DNA from: Pseudomonadota bacterium
GTDB lineage: Bacteria > Desulfobacterota > Binatia > Binatales > Binataceae
DNA: 64,000 nt
NCBI GenBank assembly: GCA_021323675.1
Contig: JAJPKP010000071.1
Span: 64,969-128,968, forward strand
Direction: 5' to 3'
Positions 28,589 through 36,962 of this stretch are shown here, piece by piece. The position numbers and the translations under genes were made by a program. The first letter of the stretch is position 1; each line of letters begins with the position of its first letter. The notes beneath the pieces were generated by a model. It was not told the origin of the DNA. It made no database searches and saw nothing but the letters and a program-made list of their open reading frames with translations.

Positions 28589-29239
28589 ATGGCCTATGCC
28601 CCGGCGCCTTTGCAACCCGCGCCGTTCATGTCACGATTTGATACACCGATGGTGCCTTGCATGCTTGCCGTTCGCCGGCGTTCAGGATTTTTTCGCAGCC
28701 GCGCCGGCTCCGCTATTGTAGCCGTTCTTTCAGTCCTTTTGTTGGCGACTCGAAGCGCAATGGCCCAGGACAATTCCGCGAAGGCCCGGGCGCTGGTGAA
28801 CTCCGCAATCCAGATGACCGACAGCAAGGAGGCGGTGAAGCTGCTCTGGCAGGCAACCGACCTCGACCCGACGCTGGAAGACCCCTACGTCTATCTCGGC
28901 GTCTATTACAACTCGCGCTCCGATTTCGACGGGATGATCAAGGTTTACCAGAAGCTGATCAAATATCGTCCCAACGAAGTCAGCGCTTACCTGAATATCG
29001 GCGAGGCGTACATGTCTTTCAGCCCGCCCCGCACCCAGGAAGCGCTTGGCTATTACAAGAAAGCATACGCGCTCGATCCCAAAAACTCCTGGACCGCGCT
29101 CAGGATCGGGCAAATCCTCGCCCAGCAGGGTAACCGCGACGAGTCGGTGAAATATCTGAAACAGGCGCTGGCAGACACCAGGAATCCGTCGGCATCTTCA
29201 GAAGCGGAGAAGATGCTGCGCCAGATGGGCATGCTGTAA
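28589..29239 (+). CDS. secreted TPR-repeat protein
   Basis: Signal peptide (AIVAVLSVLLLATRSAMA) followed by TPR-like repeats. The true start is probably internal (ATG 28649 or 28661). Confidence 0.6.
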   Translation: MAYAPAPLQPAPFMSRFDTPMVPCMLAVRRRSGFFRSRAGSAIVAVLSVLLLATRSAMAQDNSAKARALVNSAIQMTDSKEAVKLLWQATDLDPTLEDPYVYLGVYYNSRSDFDGMIKVYQKLIKYRPNEVSAYLNIGEAYMSFSPPRTQEALGYYKKAYALDPKNSWTALRIGQILAQQGNRDESVKYLKQALADTRNPSASSEAEKMLRQMGML

Positions 29240-29247
29240 GGCTGTCG

Positions 29248-29646
29248 CTAGGGAGGCGGCGGGGCGTCGCGCTGCGGCATCTCCCGGCCTTCCCGCGAAT
29301 TGCGCCGCGTTGCGTAGGGCAGGAACTCGCGATCGAACTTTTCCTGCTGCTCCGGCGTGAGCGTGGCGCGAATCTGCTGGAGAGCCTGCGCAAATGCCTG
29401 GCGGCGCGCGCGCCGATAGTCCTGCTGGAACTGAATAATCTTTACGCGAGTGTCCGCCATGATGTCGCGTATCTGGACCATCTGCGCCTGGCTCAGGCGA
29501 AGTTCACGCTCCATCCGAAGCACCATCGGTTCCCCCGGCACGCGCAGAATCCGGTACCGGTACGCGAGCGAACTGGCGGTAAACCCGATTAGCAGCGAAG
29601 CAACCACTGCCAGAACGAGGGTCGAAGTGTTGAACCTATCCGGCAA
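29248..29646 (-). CDS. periplasmic LTXXQ/CpxP-Spy-like stress protein
   Basis: Signal peptide plus LxxxQ-type repeats (LSQAQMVQIR, LTPEQQEKF). TTG start overlapping the anti-sigma gene end. Confidence 0.5.
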   Translation of the reverse strand: MPDRFNTSTLVLAVVASLLIGFTASSLAYRYRILRVPGEPMVLRMERELRLSQAQMVQIRDIMADTRVKIIQFQQDYRRARRQAFAQALQQIRATLTPEQQEKFDREFLPYATRRNSREGREMPQRDAPPPP

Positions 29647-30070
29647 GGTCTTCGCTCTGAGGGTTCAGGTCCGAACCGAACATCAGCGTCGCGATCGGAT
29701 CGGTGCTCAGTTCCTCGCTCAGCGTCCCGACAGGAGCGGTTACGGAAAGATAGGCCGCTACTGAGGCGGCGATCAGAGCCGCCGCCGCGGCGCTCACTGC
29801 AAGCCGCCCTCTCCTCCTGACACTGGCGCGCATCATCGCCGCGGGACGGCGGGCGGCGGGAGAATCAGCCGGTTCGGGCCGGTCAGCGGCCGGACGGCGA
29901 GGCGGCTCGACGGCGGACTGCAGCACCGGCGCGCTCATCGCAAAGGTCCGAAAGGCACGATCGCACTTTGGACAGGCGGCCAGATGGGCGGTCAGAGCGG
30001 CGCGACGATCGGGCGCAAGCTCGCGCCGCCAAAAGGCGGCGAATTCCTGTCTGGCTTCAAAGCAATCCAT
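29636..30070 (-). CDS. anti-sigma factor, zf-HC2 type (RsrA/ChrR-like)
   Basis: MDCFEARQEF...AHLAACPKCDRAF carries the H-x3-C-x2-C zinc motif, followed by a TM segment. Start set at ATG 30070, 10 nt after the sigma-factor stop. Confidence 0.65.
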   Translation of the reverse strand: MDCFEARQEFAAFWRRELAPDRRAALTAHLAACPKCDRAFRTFAMSAPVLQSAVEPPRRPAADRPEPADSPAARRPAAMMRASVRRRGRLAVSAAAAALIAASVAAYLSVTAPVGTLSEELSTDPIATLMFGSDLNPQSEDLAG

Positions 30071-30080
30071 GATCGTTCTT

Positions 30081-30716
30081 CTATCGGTCACTCCGCTCGG
30101 CCGATCTCAGCCGCTCGGCATACTTTCGCAACGCCTGGCGCGCCCTGAAAGCCCTGATCTTAACTTTCGCCTCGCTCCAGCCCATTATTCCGGCTATCTC
30201 GCTCACGTTCAGGCCCTCGCTGTCCTTCAGAATCAGCACGGTCCGGTCTTCCGGCTTGAGCGTGTCGAGCAGGCAATGCGCTACGTCGTGCGCCTCGCGC
30301 ATTTCTTCCGCGGCGGCGACGATCTCTTCCGGCGTCGCATCGTTGACCAGATGCATCCATTGGACTTCTGGCGCCGTGAAGTCCGCGATCAACTCCTCCG
30401 GGCGCCTGCGCCTGCGTCTCAACTCGTCATAGCACAGGTTGGTCGCAATCGCGCGGAGCCATCCTGTGAACGGCATCTCCCGCCGGTAGCTGGCCAATGC
30501 CGTGTATGCGCGGATGAAGCATTCCTGCGCAAGATCGCGCGCAATCTCCGGGTCCGAAAAGAAGCGCTGACAAAGCCGTTCAACGTACGAACGATGGCGC
30601 CCAGCCAGCTCCGAAAAAGAGGCCGTCTGACCGCCCAGAATTTCGGCTATCAGCTCCTCGTCGGTTCGAACCGCCAATCTCCAACCGGTCTTTCTGCTCG
30701 CGGCGACGCCCAGCAT
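30081..30716 (-). CDS. ECF (group 4) sigma-70 factor
   Basis: Sigma-70 region 2 and region 4 motifs. Start ATG 30716 with an AAGAGGA Shine-Dalgarno 5 nt upstream. Confidence 0.8.
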   Translation of the reverse strand: MLGVAASRKTGWRLAVRTDEELIAEILGGQTASFSELAGRHRSYVERLCQRFFSDPEIARDLAQECFIRAYTALASYRREMPFTGWLRAIATNLCYDELRRRRRRPEELIADFTAPEVQWMHLVNDATPEEIVAAAEEMREAHDVAHCLLDTLKPEDRTVLILKDSEGLNVSEIAGIMGWSEAKVKIRAFRARQALRKYAERLRSAERSDR

Positions 30717-30797
30717 GGTTGTCCTCTTGATAATACGAACGCCCCGCAAAGCGGTTACGCGATTATGGACGGCCGGCAAACGCCCCAACCATCGAGG

Positions 30798-31415
30798 CTA
30801 TTCGGGCTCGTTCTTCGGCGGAGGACCAAGCCCCGCCCGCGCCAGATCGCCGGGCGTGTCCAGGTCCAGGGTGACGCCCGGATCTTCGACGTCAACGTAT
30901 GCGACCCGAGCCGGGTCCGCATTGACAACCCATCGCGCCCCCTGCTCTTCGGGCGCATCCAGCAGCTCGCCAAAGACTTCCTTCGCGAAGAGGACCGGAT
31001 GCCCCCTGCGGCCGGCATAGCGCGCTATCACGATCGGATATCGCCGCGATGCGAACTCATCGGCAACCGCCTGGAAGGTCGAAGCGAGGACCAGGGGATG
31101 ATCAGCCAGATGGACAATCACCGCGGCCGCATCGGCATCGATCGCCCTGAGAGTGCATTTCAGCGACGAAAGCTGGCCCCGCTCAAAGCCGGGATTGTGA
31201 ACTGTCTTCACCCGATGGTCGGAGGGAATCTCGGCCCGTACGCGTTCTCGATGCGCGCCGGTGACGACGATCACATCGCGCACAACTTCGAGCATCGTGC
31301 GCAACGTTCGCCGGAGAAACGTTTCGCTATCGATCTTGAGGAGCGGCTTGGGAAATCCCATCCGGCGCGATTCGCCCGCCGCCAGCAGAACCCCTTCGAT
31401 TGGGAGCCGCGCCAT
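30798..31415 (-). CDS. MobA-like NTP-transferase domain protein (molybdenum-cofactor cytidylyltransferase MocA-like)
   Basis: LLAAGESRRMGFPKPLL N-terminal signature. Confidence 0.7.
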   Translation of the reverse strand: MARLPIEGVLLAAGESRRMGFPKPLLKIDSETFLRRTLRTMLEVVRDVIVVTGAHRERVRAEIPSDHRVKTVHNPGFERGQLSSLKCTLRAIDADAAAVIVHLADHPLVLASTFQAVADEFASRRYPIVIARYAGRRGHPVLFAKEVFGELLDAPEEQGARWVVNADPARVAYVDVEDPGVTLDLDTPGDLARAGLGPPPKNEPE

Positions 31416-31427
31416 GACGGCCGCTCG

Positions 31428-32579
31428 TCAAGCGGAGGGTTTGAGGCGGCCCAGCTTAACGCCCAGGTTGGCCGCATCGCGCGCGCCCGATCGCCGCTCA
31501 CGCACAATTTCCGCGATTATCGAGACCGCGATCTCTTCGGGAGTCTCCGCCGCGATATCCATCCCGAGCGGAGCGTGCACCTGGTCGAGCAGCTCGCGCG
31601 CGATGCCGGCTTCTTCGAGCCTGTCCAGCGTCGCCTTCACCCGCCGGCGCGATCCGATCATCCCGATAAAGGCTCCGCGCGAATGCCGCAGCGCGGTACG
31701 CACCACCTCTTCGTCGAAGGAATGGCCGCGGGTCACGGAGACCAGGTAGCAATGGCGGTCGAGCGCCAGGCTTTCGATCGCCGCGGCAAAGGGCCGTACC
31801 ATTATCTGATCGGCGGATGGGAACCGTTCGCGATTGGCGAACGACGCGCGGTCATCGATCACCGTCACATGAAATCCCAGCATCGATCCAAGCGCGGCGA
31901 GCGGCTGCGCAATATGGCCGGCTCCCGCGATCACGAGGCGTTGCGCTCCCGAGACCGGATCCAGAAACATCCGCGGCGCATCCCCTTCGACACGAGTAAC
32001 AGGATTTACGCCGCCGGTGTCGCTGATTTCGATCAAAGCCGGCACGCCATCCATGGTGCGCGCCACCAATTGGACCATCGCGCGCCGCGGAATCTCCAGA
32101 GCCGGCGCGAGGCGGCTTTCGCCGTCGGACGAATCGACGATCGATTTTGCGCCAACGGGATCATCCTGGCGCGGGCTGTGCACAAGGGTCAGCAGCGAAG
32201 CGGGCTGGCTGCGCTCGGCGGCGGAAGCAAGCCGCCTTGCAATATCGAGATCGCTGCCGGGCGCCCATATCGCGACGAACACATCCATGATGCCGCCGCA
32301 GGTGCCGATTTGCTGTTGGTCGAAGTCGCCGGTGAGATCCACTTCGGTCATGCGGGCGCCCTGCCCTTCATCGAGCAACAGCCGCGCCTTGCGAAAGACC
32401 TCGGCCTCGCCGCATCCTCCGCCGATAGTTCCGAACTGGCCGTCGTCGCGAACAATCATCTTCGCGCCGACTTCCCTGGGCGTGGAACCGCGTACGTTCA
32501 CCACGGTGGCGAGGGCGAACTTCCTGCCGCTTTCAAGGGTGCGGACGGCTTCGGGCCAAATCTGATCGGGTCCCATCAT
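31428..32579 (-). CDS. XdhC/CoxF-family molybdo-hydroxylase maturation factor
   Basis: XdhC_CoxI N-domain (ALATVVNVRGSTPREVGAKM) and a Rossmann-like XdhC C-domain (LVIAGAGHIAQPL). Confidence 0.8.
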   Translation of the reverse strand: MMGPDQIWPEAVRTLESGRKFALATVVNVRGSTPREVGAKMIVRDDGQFGTIGGGCGEAEVFRKARLLLDEGQGARMTEVDLTGDFDQQQIGTCGGIMDVFVAIWAPGSDLDIARRLASAAERSQPASLLTLVHSPRQDDPVGAKSIVDSSDGESRLAPALEIPRRAMVQLVARTMDGVPALIEISDTGGVNPVTRVEGDAPRMFLDPVSGAQRLVIAGAGHIAQPLAALGSMLGFHVTVIDDRASFANRERFPSADQIMVRPFAAAIESLALDRHCYLVSVTRGHSFDEEVVRTALRHSRGAFIGMIGSRRRVKATLDRLEEAGIARELLDQVHAPLGMDIAAETPEEIAVSIIAEIVRERRSGARDAANLGVKLGRLKPSA

Positions 32580-32617
32580 GCTTCTGATTTAACCGTATCA
32601 GAAAAGTCCCGCTCCGG

Positions 32618-32920
32618 TTACATGCCCAGGCGTCCGAGGATCGCGTTGGCCTTGACCAGGTTTTCCTCCGCTTGATCGTAGGCGCCGGCGGCCATCGCCT
32701 TCTCGGCGCTGGCATCCAGCTCCAGCGCCTGATGCAGTTGCGCGCGCACGGCGGGATCGGTCGGGCCTTCGTCGGAAAGATGGGCGAGCTTGAGCGATAC
32801 TTGGCGTTCGAGGCTGCGAAGCTCAGGCGACGGTTGCCTCTTCAGGTCAGCCGCGAAACTCGTCGCGGCTATCGCGGCGATGCCGGCCGCAATCGCAAGC
32901 ATCCTCAGCGGACCGCGCAT
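32618..32920 (-). CDS. small secreted hypothetical protein
   Basis: Signal peptide (MLAIAAGIAAIAATSFA); 3-nt gap to the upstream peroxiredoxin stop. Confidence 0.45.
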   Translation of the reverse strand: MRGPLRMLAIAAGIAAIAATSFAADLKRQPSPELRSLERQVSLKLAHLSDEGPTDPAVRAQLHQALELDASAEKAMAAGAYDQAEENLVKANAILGRLGM

Positions 32921-32923
32921 CGT

Positions 32924-33370
32924 TCAACCTCCGATCGCGTCGGCCAGCACGCTGGCCGGATGATCCCTCGGGTCCACCCGATCGTAAACGCGCGCGATAC
33001 GCCCCTGCTCGTCGATAAGGAAGCTGACCCGGTTCGGCCACTTCGCCTTCGCGTCGCCGCACGCGCCGTAGGCAAGCGCCACGGTGCGGTCGAGGTCGCT
33101 AAGCAGCGGGAACTTGAAATCGTTCTTGCGGGCGAAGGCGGCGTTGGCTTCGACGCTGTCGAAGCTCACTCCGAGGATCTGGATCTTGTTTTCGTCAAAA
33201 TAGTTCTGTTGGTCGCGGAACCCGCGGCCTTCGATGGTTCAGCCAGGGGTATCGGCCGCGGGATAGAACCATAGCAGCACCTTTTTGCCGCGCAGATCCT
33301 TGAGCGAGATGGTTGTTCCGTCGTGGGCCGCCAGAGAGAAATCTGGCGCGAGGTCTCCTTGCTTGACCAT
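32924..33370 (-). CDS. Bcp/PrxQ-type peroxiredoxin with an in-frame TGA (candidate selenocysteine) at the peroxidatic position
   Basis: ATG 33370 with a GGAGGTG Shine-Dalgarno 5 nt upstream, translating MVKQGDLAPDFSLAAHDGTTISLKDLRGKKVLLWFYPAADTPG-TGA(33241-33239)-TIEGRGFRDQQNYFDENKIQILGVSFDSVEANAAF...LIDEQGRIARVYDRV. The Bcp fold is continuous across the TGA, which occupies the T-P-G-[C] position. The ORF track shows only the C-terminal 81 aa. Confidence 0.6.
33211..33229 (-). other. SECIS-like hairpin 9 nt downstream of the in-frame UGA
   Basis: mRNA GGCCGCGG-GUU-CCGCGACC: 7 bp with one C·A mismatch, and an apical GGUUC resembling the GGUC loop of bacterial SECIS elements. Confidence 0.4.
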
Positions 33371-33406
33371 TGTGCACCTCCGCCGAGCGGTCGTCGGCCG
33401 CTCGAT

Positions 33407-33892
33407 TCAGTTAAGCATCGCGCGCAATCGCGCGAGCATCGAAAGACATCCCTGTTCGCCGGGCTGAATTTCCAGCGCCCGCTCGAGCTCGCCGATAGCC
33501 GCGGTGATCATTCCCTTCGCCGCGTAAACGCGCCCAAGGTTCATGAAAGGAAAGTGGCGCGGTTCGTAGCGCGGCGCGTGCTTGGCTTTTTCAAGCCAGG
33601 GAATCGCGCCGTCGAGGTCTCCTTTCGCGATCAGATATGCTCCTATGTCGTTGTAAGGATTACCATAGGACGGGTCGACTTCGATCGCCCGCCGGCATTC
33701 CGCAATCGCGTCATCGATTCGCCCCATCCCTTCGTAAGCCCATCCGCGAAACGTATACGCCTCGGCGGTGGGGAAGATTTCGATCGATTTGGTGTAGAGC
33801 TCGATCGCGCCGGCAAGGTCGTTGCCCATGTGCCGCTGATAACCGGCATTCCACAGTTCCAGCGCGCGCTTCTTTCGTTCGTCCTCGCTCAC
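33407..33892 (-). CDS. TPR-repeat protein
   Basis: Three to four TPR units (AYTFRGWAYEGMGRIDDAI...). Confidence 0.7.
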   Translation of the reverse strand: MSEDERKKRALELWNAGYQRHMGNDLAGAIELYTKSIEIFPTAEAYTFRGWAYEGMGRIDDAIAECRRAIEVDPSYGNPYNDIGAYLIAKGDLDGAIPWLEKAKHAPRYEPRHFPFMNLGRVYAAKGMITAAIGELERALEIQPGEQGCLSMLARLRAMLN

Positions 33893-34098
33893 ATTTGCAA
33901 CTGGTAACCACGCCCGGCCGACAAATCAATCGCTCTGATTCTACGCTCGGCATCGTCCATTTACGCGCGCCTGTGCGCGTCAGGCCGGGTTAGTTCCCGT
34001 CGCGGCGCATCCTCGATGCCACAAAGCGCTATCGCTGCGGCGCGAAAAAGTTTTCGTGGTTGGCGTAATCGAAATGAAAGATACTCCGAAGCAGGACC

Positions 34099-35046
34099 AT
34101 GCCTGTGCAGACCCGCGGAACTCGATTTGCCCTGCAGGACAGGCGAGTTCGCATCCGTTCGGCGCTTTCGCGGCTAATCGCCACCGCTCTCCTTTCGCTT
34201 CTTGCGGGATGCGCGCCCGCGGCCCTCACTTCCGCGCGAAGCAAGTTGAAAGCGGGAGACTACATGGGAGCGCATCGCGATCTGACCGCGCTCGCGGCGC
34301 ATCCGGAGAAGCTAAGTCCCGCACAACTCCGCGAGGTGAAGGACGACCTGTGCGTCACCGACTTCACCATCGGTCGTCCTTCATTCTCGCTTGCGGAGCA
34401 GCGCCGCGTATGCGCCGAAGCGGCTGAGCAGCCCGGAAGCCAGAGCGCGGCCATCCTTTCGCGCATCGACTCTTCGATCGAACAATCCGACGACGATCGC
34501 GTCGAAGCCGCGATCGCATCGGACGACCTCGCGGCGGCTGAAGCCGCGATCGAAGACTACGAGGAATTGCCCGACGCCGACGAGGCGCAGGTCCGGCGAT
34601 GGTCGAGCAGGCTCTGGCGGATGGTTGAGCAGAGGGAGGCGCGCGCTCCCTCCCGAAAAACGGTCCTGAACGGCGCCGTCGCCGCGCTGAAACGGGAGAA
34701 TCCCGACGCTCGCAGGATGAGCGAGGCGGCGTTCAAACGATGGGTGATCGAGACGGCGACTTTCGACGGAAACTCGATGGCGCACGCGCCGCATCTCGAG
34801 CACGGCAGGCTCAAGCTCGACCTCCCTCAGCCCGCGCTCGCGTCGGCGGCGCTGAACCTGGATCGACTCGCGCAGATCAACGATGCGGTCGTGGCGCGAT
34901 GCGGCTGCGACGCGAAGACGGAAGTTGGATTGGGCGCCAATGACCTGCCCGCTTACGTGGTGCGGCTGGACCCGGAAATCCGGCACTCCGAAGTTCTGAT
35001 TCTGCTGAGCGGCGCGAGGATCGGATCGCGCGCTTCGCTGCGCTAG
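34099..35046 (+). CDS. hypothetical lipoprotein
   Basis: Lipobox LLAGC after a signal peptide; acidic and alanine-rich. No family recognised. Confidence 0.5.
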   Translation: MPVQTRGTRFALQDRRVRIRSALSRLIATALLSLLAGCAPAALTSARSKLKAGDYMGAHRDLTALAAHPEKLSPAQLREVKDDLCVTDFTIGRPSFSLAEQRRVCAEAAEQPGSQSAAILSRIDSSIEQSDDDRVEAAIASDDLAAAEAAIEDYEELPDADEAQVRRWSSRLWRMVEQREARAPSRKTVLNGAVAALKRENPDARRMSEAAFKRWVIETATFDGNSMAHAPHLEHGRLKLDLPQPALASAALNLDRLAQINDAVVARCGCDAKTEVGLGANDLPAYVVRLDPEIRHSEVLILLSGARIGSRASLR

Positions 35047-35061
35047 CCGCCGCTCGCGTTT

Positions 35062-35265
35062 TCAGTGCAACCGCTGCGAGCGAGGCTCCGGCATTTCACT
35101 TAACGCCTCCGAAAGCATCGCTGCCATCTCGCGAAACGCGCCTTCGTCAAGCCGCATCGTGGTATAGCCGACGGTAAGATGAACCGCGCCGCAGTCGCAT
35201 ACATCGACGGAAAACGATGGACGAGCGGCCAACCTGCGTCGCCGGCAACCACTGCTCTCGATCAT
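35062..35265 (-). CDS. small hypothetical protein
   Basis: 67-aa ORF in the correct orientation within the operon; no other support. Confidence 0.25.
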   Translation of the reverse strand: MIESSGCRRRRLAARPSFSVDVCDCGAVHLTVGYTTMRLDEGAFREMAAMLSEALSEMPEPRSQRLH

Positions 35266-35285
35266 ACGCGCCTCCGAAAAGCGGT

Positions 35286-36137
35286 TTAGAAAAACCAGCT
35301 ATTCTCCGAAGATGGGCCGAACAGAGCGCCCACGTAGCGTTCCAATTCGATGTTGAACTTCATGATTACCCGGTCGGAGTTTGGCGTCAGGCCAGACCCG
35401 GGACCGACGCTGTACTCGATGCCGTTGGGAAGCGCGCCCCACAGGACCGGAAAGATGTAGTGCTGCTGGTCCCGCAGTGGATCCGTATCGTCGATAAGGC
35501 CGCATCCGCCGTAAAATTCCACGCCCGGCGACAAATACTTGAGCCATCGGTAATAGACGGCGTTGCGGTAGCCGAACTCGAAGCCCTGGTTGCGCCCCGC
35601 GCCGGAGAGCACCTTCTCGAAGACCGGGTTGGCAACCAGCGAGAGGCGGCCGAAGTCCTTCTCCATAATGGGGCGAAGCTCGAGTTCGAGGTTCGCATCG
35701 TCGAACTGCGGTGACTTGTGCCATTCCAGCTCGAGGTACCATCCGAGGTTCACCGGCAGAGTTTCTTCGTCGAAGAGCCTCCCGCGCAGCCGATATTTCG
35801 AGCCCGAATACCAAAGGCCCTGGCCGCGCGGCAGCGCCAGATTCAGATAGGCCGCGGCTTCGATCCGGTCGGTAAGCCCGTACGTCAGTTCGTACGCGTT
35901 AAACCAGGTGCTCTGACTGGGAAATTGGGCGCCGGTGCCAGCGTCGGGAGTGCTGTGGCCGTTTGCCACCACCGCGTTGAGCGTCTCGAGTTCGACAACC
36001 CCGCGCTGCTCGGTCGCGTACGGATAGACTTCAAATTCCCAGGGATCGATCTGCGCGTACGCGGATCCCGCGACGGCGGCACAGGCCGCAATCACCCCCG
36101 GCATCATCAACAACCAAGAGATACGTCGTCCAATCAT
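35286..36137 (-). CDS. outer-membrane beta-barrel protein (family unassigned)
   Basis: Signal peptide (AACAAVAGSAYA), alternating amphipathic strands, and a C-terminal aromatic residue (…NSWFF). Confidence 0.6.
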   Translation of the reverse strand: MIGRRISWLLMMPGVIAACAAVAGSAYAQIDPWEFEVYPYATEQRGVVELETLNAVVANGHSTPDAGTGAQFPSQSTWFNAYELTYGLTDRIEAAAYLNLALPRGQGLWYSGSKYRLRGRLFDEETLPVNLGWYLELEWHKSPQFDDANLELELRPIMEKDFGRLSLVANPVFEKVLSGAGRNQGFEFGYRNAVYYRWLKYLSPGVEFYGGCGLIDDTDPLRDQQHYIFPVLWGALPNGIEYSVGPGSGLTPNSDRVIMKFNIELERYVGALFGPSSENSWFF

Positions 36138-36589
36138 CGACCTGACTCATCGGCCGCCAGCTCCGCCGCAATCCATCGTTGAAGCCGATCGCGATCGGCC
36201 GGTCCAAGCCGCGAGGACGGATGCATCGCGCGGTACGGCCATGGCGGCATCGCCTCCCCGCGCAACGCGCGATCCATCCACTTCAGTTTTCGCGCGCGCG
36301 TCGCGGGAAAATAATCGCTCCATTGCGAGAAATTGATTTGCCTTCGTCCGGCGTTGACGTCATGAGCCACCAGCCACGAGAGCGGCGCGATCCTGGTGTA
36401 CCAGGGCCATTGCGTCTGGTTGGAATGGCAGTCGTAACAGGAGCGCCGCAGGGTCTGCTCAACCTCCGGCGGCGCCGCGACATCTCCCCGGGACGGCGGG
36501 TTCGCGATTCGCACCGGCACCAACTGCATCGCGAGAATCCCAACGACCAGCCCGGCCGCAATCGCAAACTTGTAACTGCGAGGCACGAC
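36134..36589 (-). CDS. haem-binding-domain protein with CxxCH motif (Haem_bd/PF14376-like small cytochrome)
   Basis: TM anchor followed by RRSCYDCHSNQTQWPWY. The start is probably GTG 36589, because the ORF-track start at 36661 would overlap the upstream gene. Confidence 0.5.
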   Translation of the reverse strand, partial: VVPRSYKFAIAAGLVVGILAMQLVPVRIANPPSRGDVAAPPEVEQTLRRSCYDCHSNQTQWPWYTRIAPLSWLVAHDVNAGRRQINFSQWSDYFPATRARKLKWMDRALRGEAMPPWPYRAMHPSSRLGPADRDRLQRWIAAELAADESGR

Positions 36590-36596
36590 TTTCAGG

Positions 36597-36944
36597 CTAC
36601 CGGGCGACGATGTTTCCCACGGGCACGTCCTGATGGAAATCGTCGTAAAAGTCGTAGTCACCGGGACTCAGCTCGGGGAGACGAACGGTAATCGTCTCGC
36701 CTGGAGAGACCACCTTTTCGCGATTCAGCTTGAAGCTCTCGAACTCGATGGTTTCATCGCTCGCGTTGATGACCTTGATGCTGAGCTTCTGCCCGGCTGG
36801 CACGGTCAGGCTGCTGGGGGTGAACTGATGGTTCTGAAAGCGAATCTCGACGGGCTCGACCGCGAGTGCGCGGACCGAGGAGCAATCGAACAGCATCGCA
36901 AACGAGACAGCAGCGGCAAGGATGAAGAGCTTTGAGCGAGACAC
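36597..36944 (-). CDS. secreted cupredoxin-like domain protein
   Basis: Signal peptide (VSRSKLFILAAAVSFAMLFDCSSVRA|LA) from GTG 36944, followed by a beta-sandwich-like domain. The ORF-track start at 37010 would read through the palindromic operator. Confidence 0.45.
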   Translation of the reverse strand: MSRSKLFILAAAVSFAMLFDCSSVRALAVEPVEIRFQNHQFTPSSLTVPAGQKLSIKVINASDETIEFESFKLNREKVVSPGETITVRLPELSPGDYDFYDDFHQDVPVGNIVAR

Positions 36945-36962
36945 GATGGGCGGCCCTCGGAT

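Noticed and set aside
30069-32675. 868-aa plus-strand ORF
   Set aside because: It lies antisense to five well-supported minus-strand genes (sigma factor, MocA-like, XdhC and others). It is Arg/Gly/Ala-rich with no homology, the typical antisense shadow of high-GC coding DNA.
32924-33370. Interpreting the interrupted peroxiredoxin as a pseudogene
   Set aside because: There is only one stop, it sits precisely on the catalytic-Cys codon, flanking conservation and the Shine-Dalgarno are intact, and a SECIS-like hairpin is at the correct distance. Sec recoding is the more parsimonious reading, pending a check for the sel genes.
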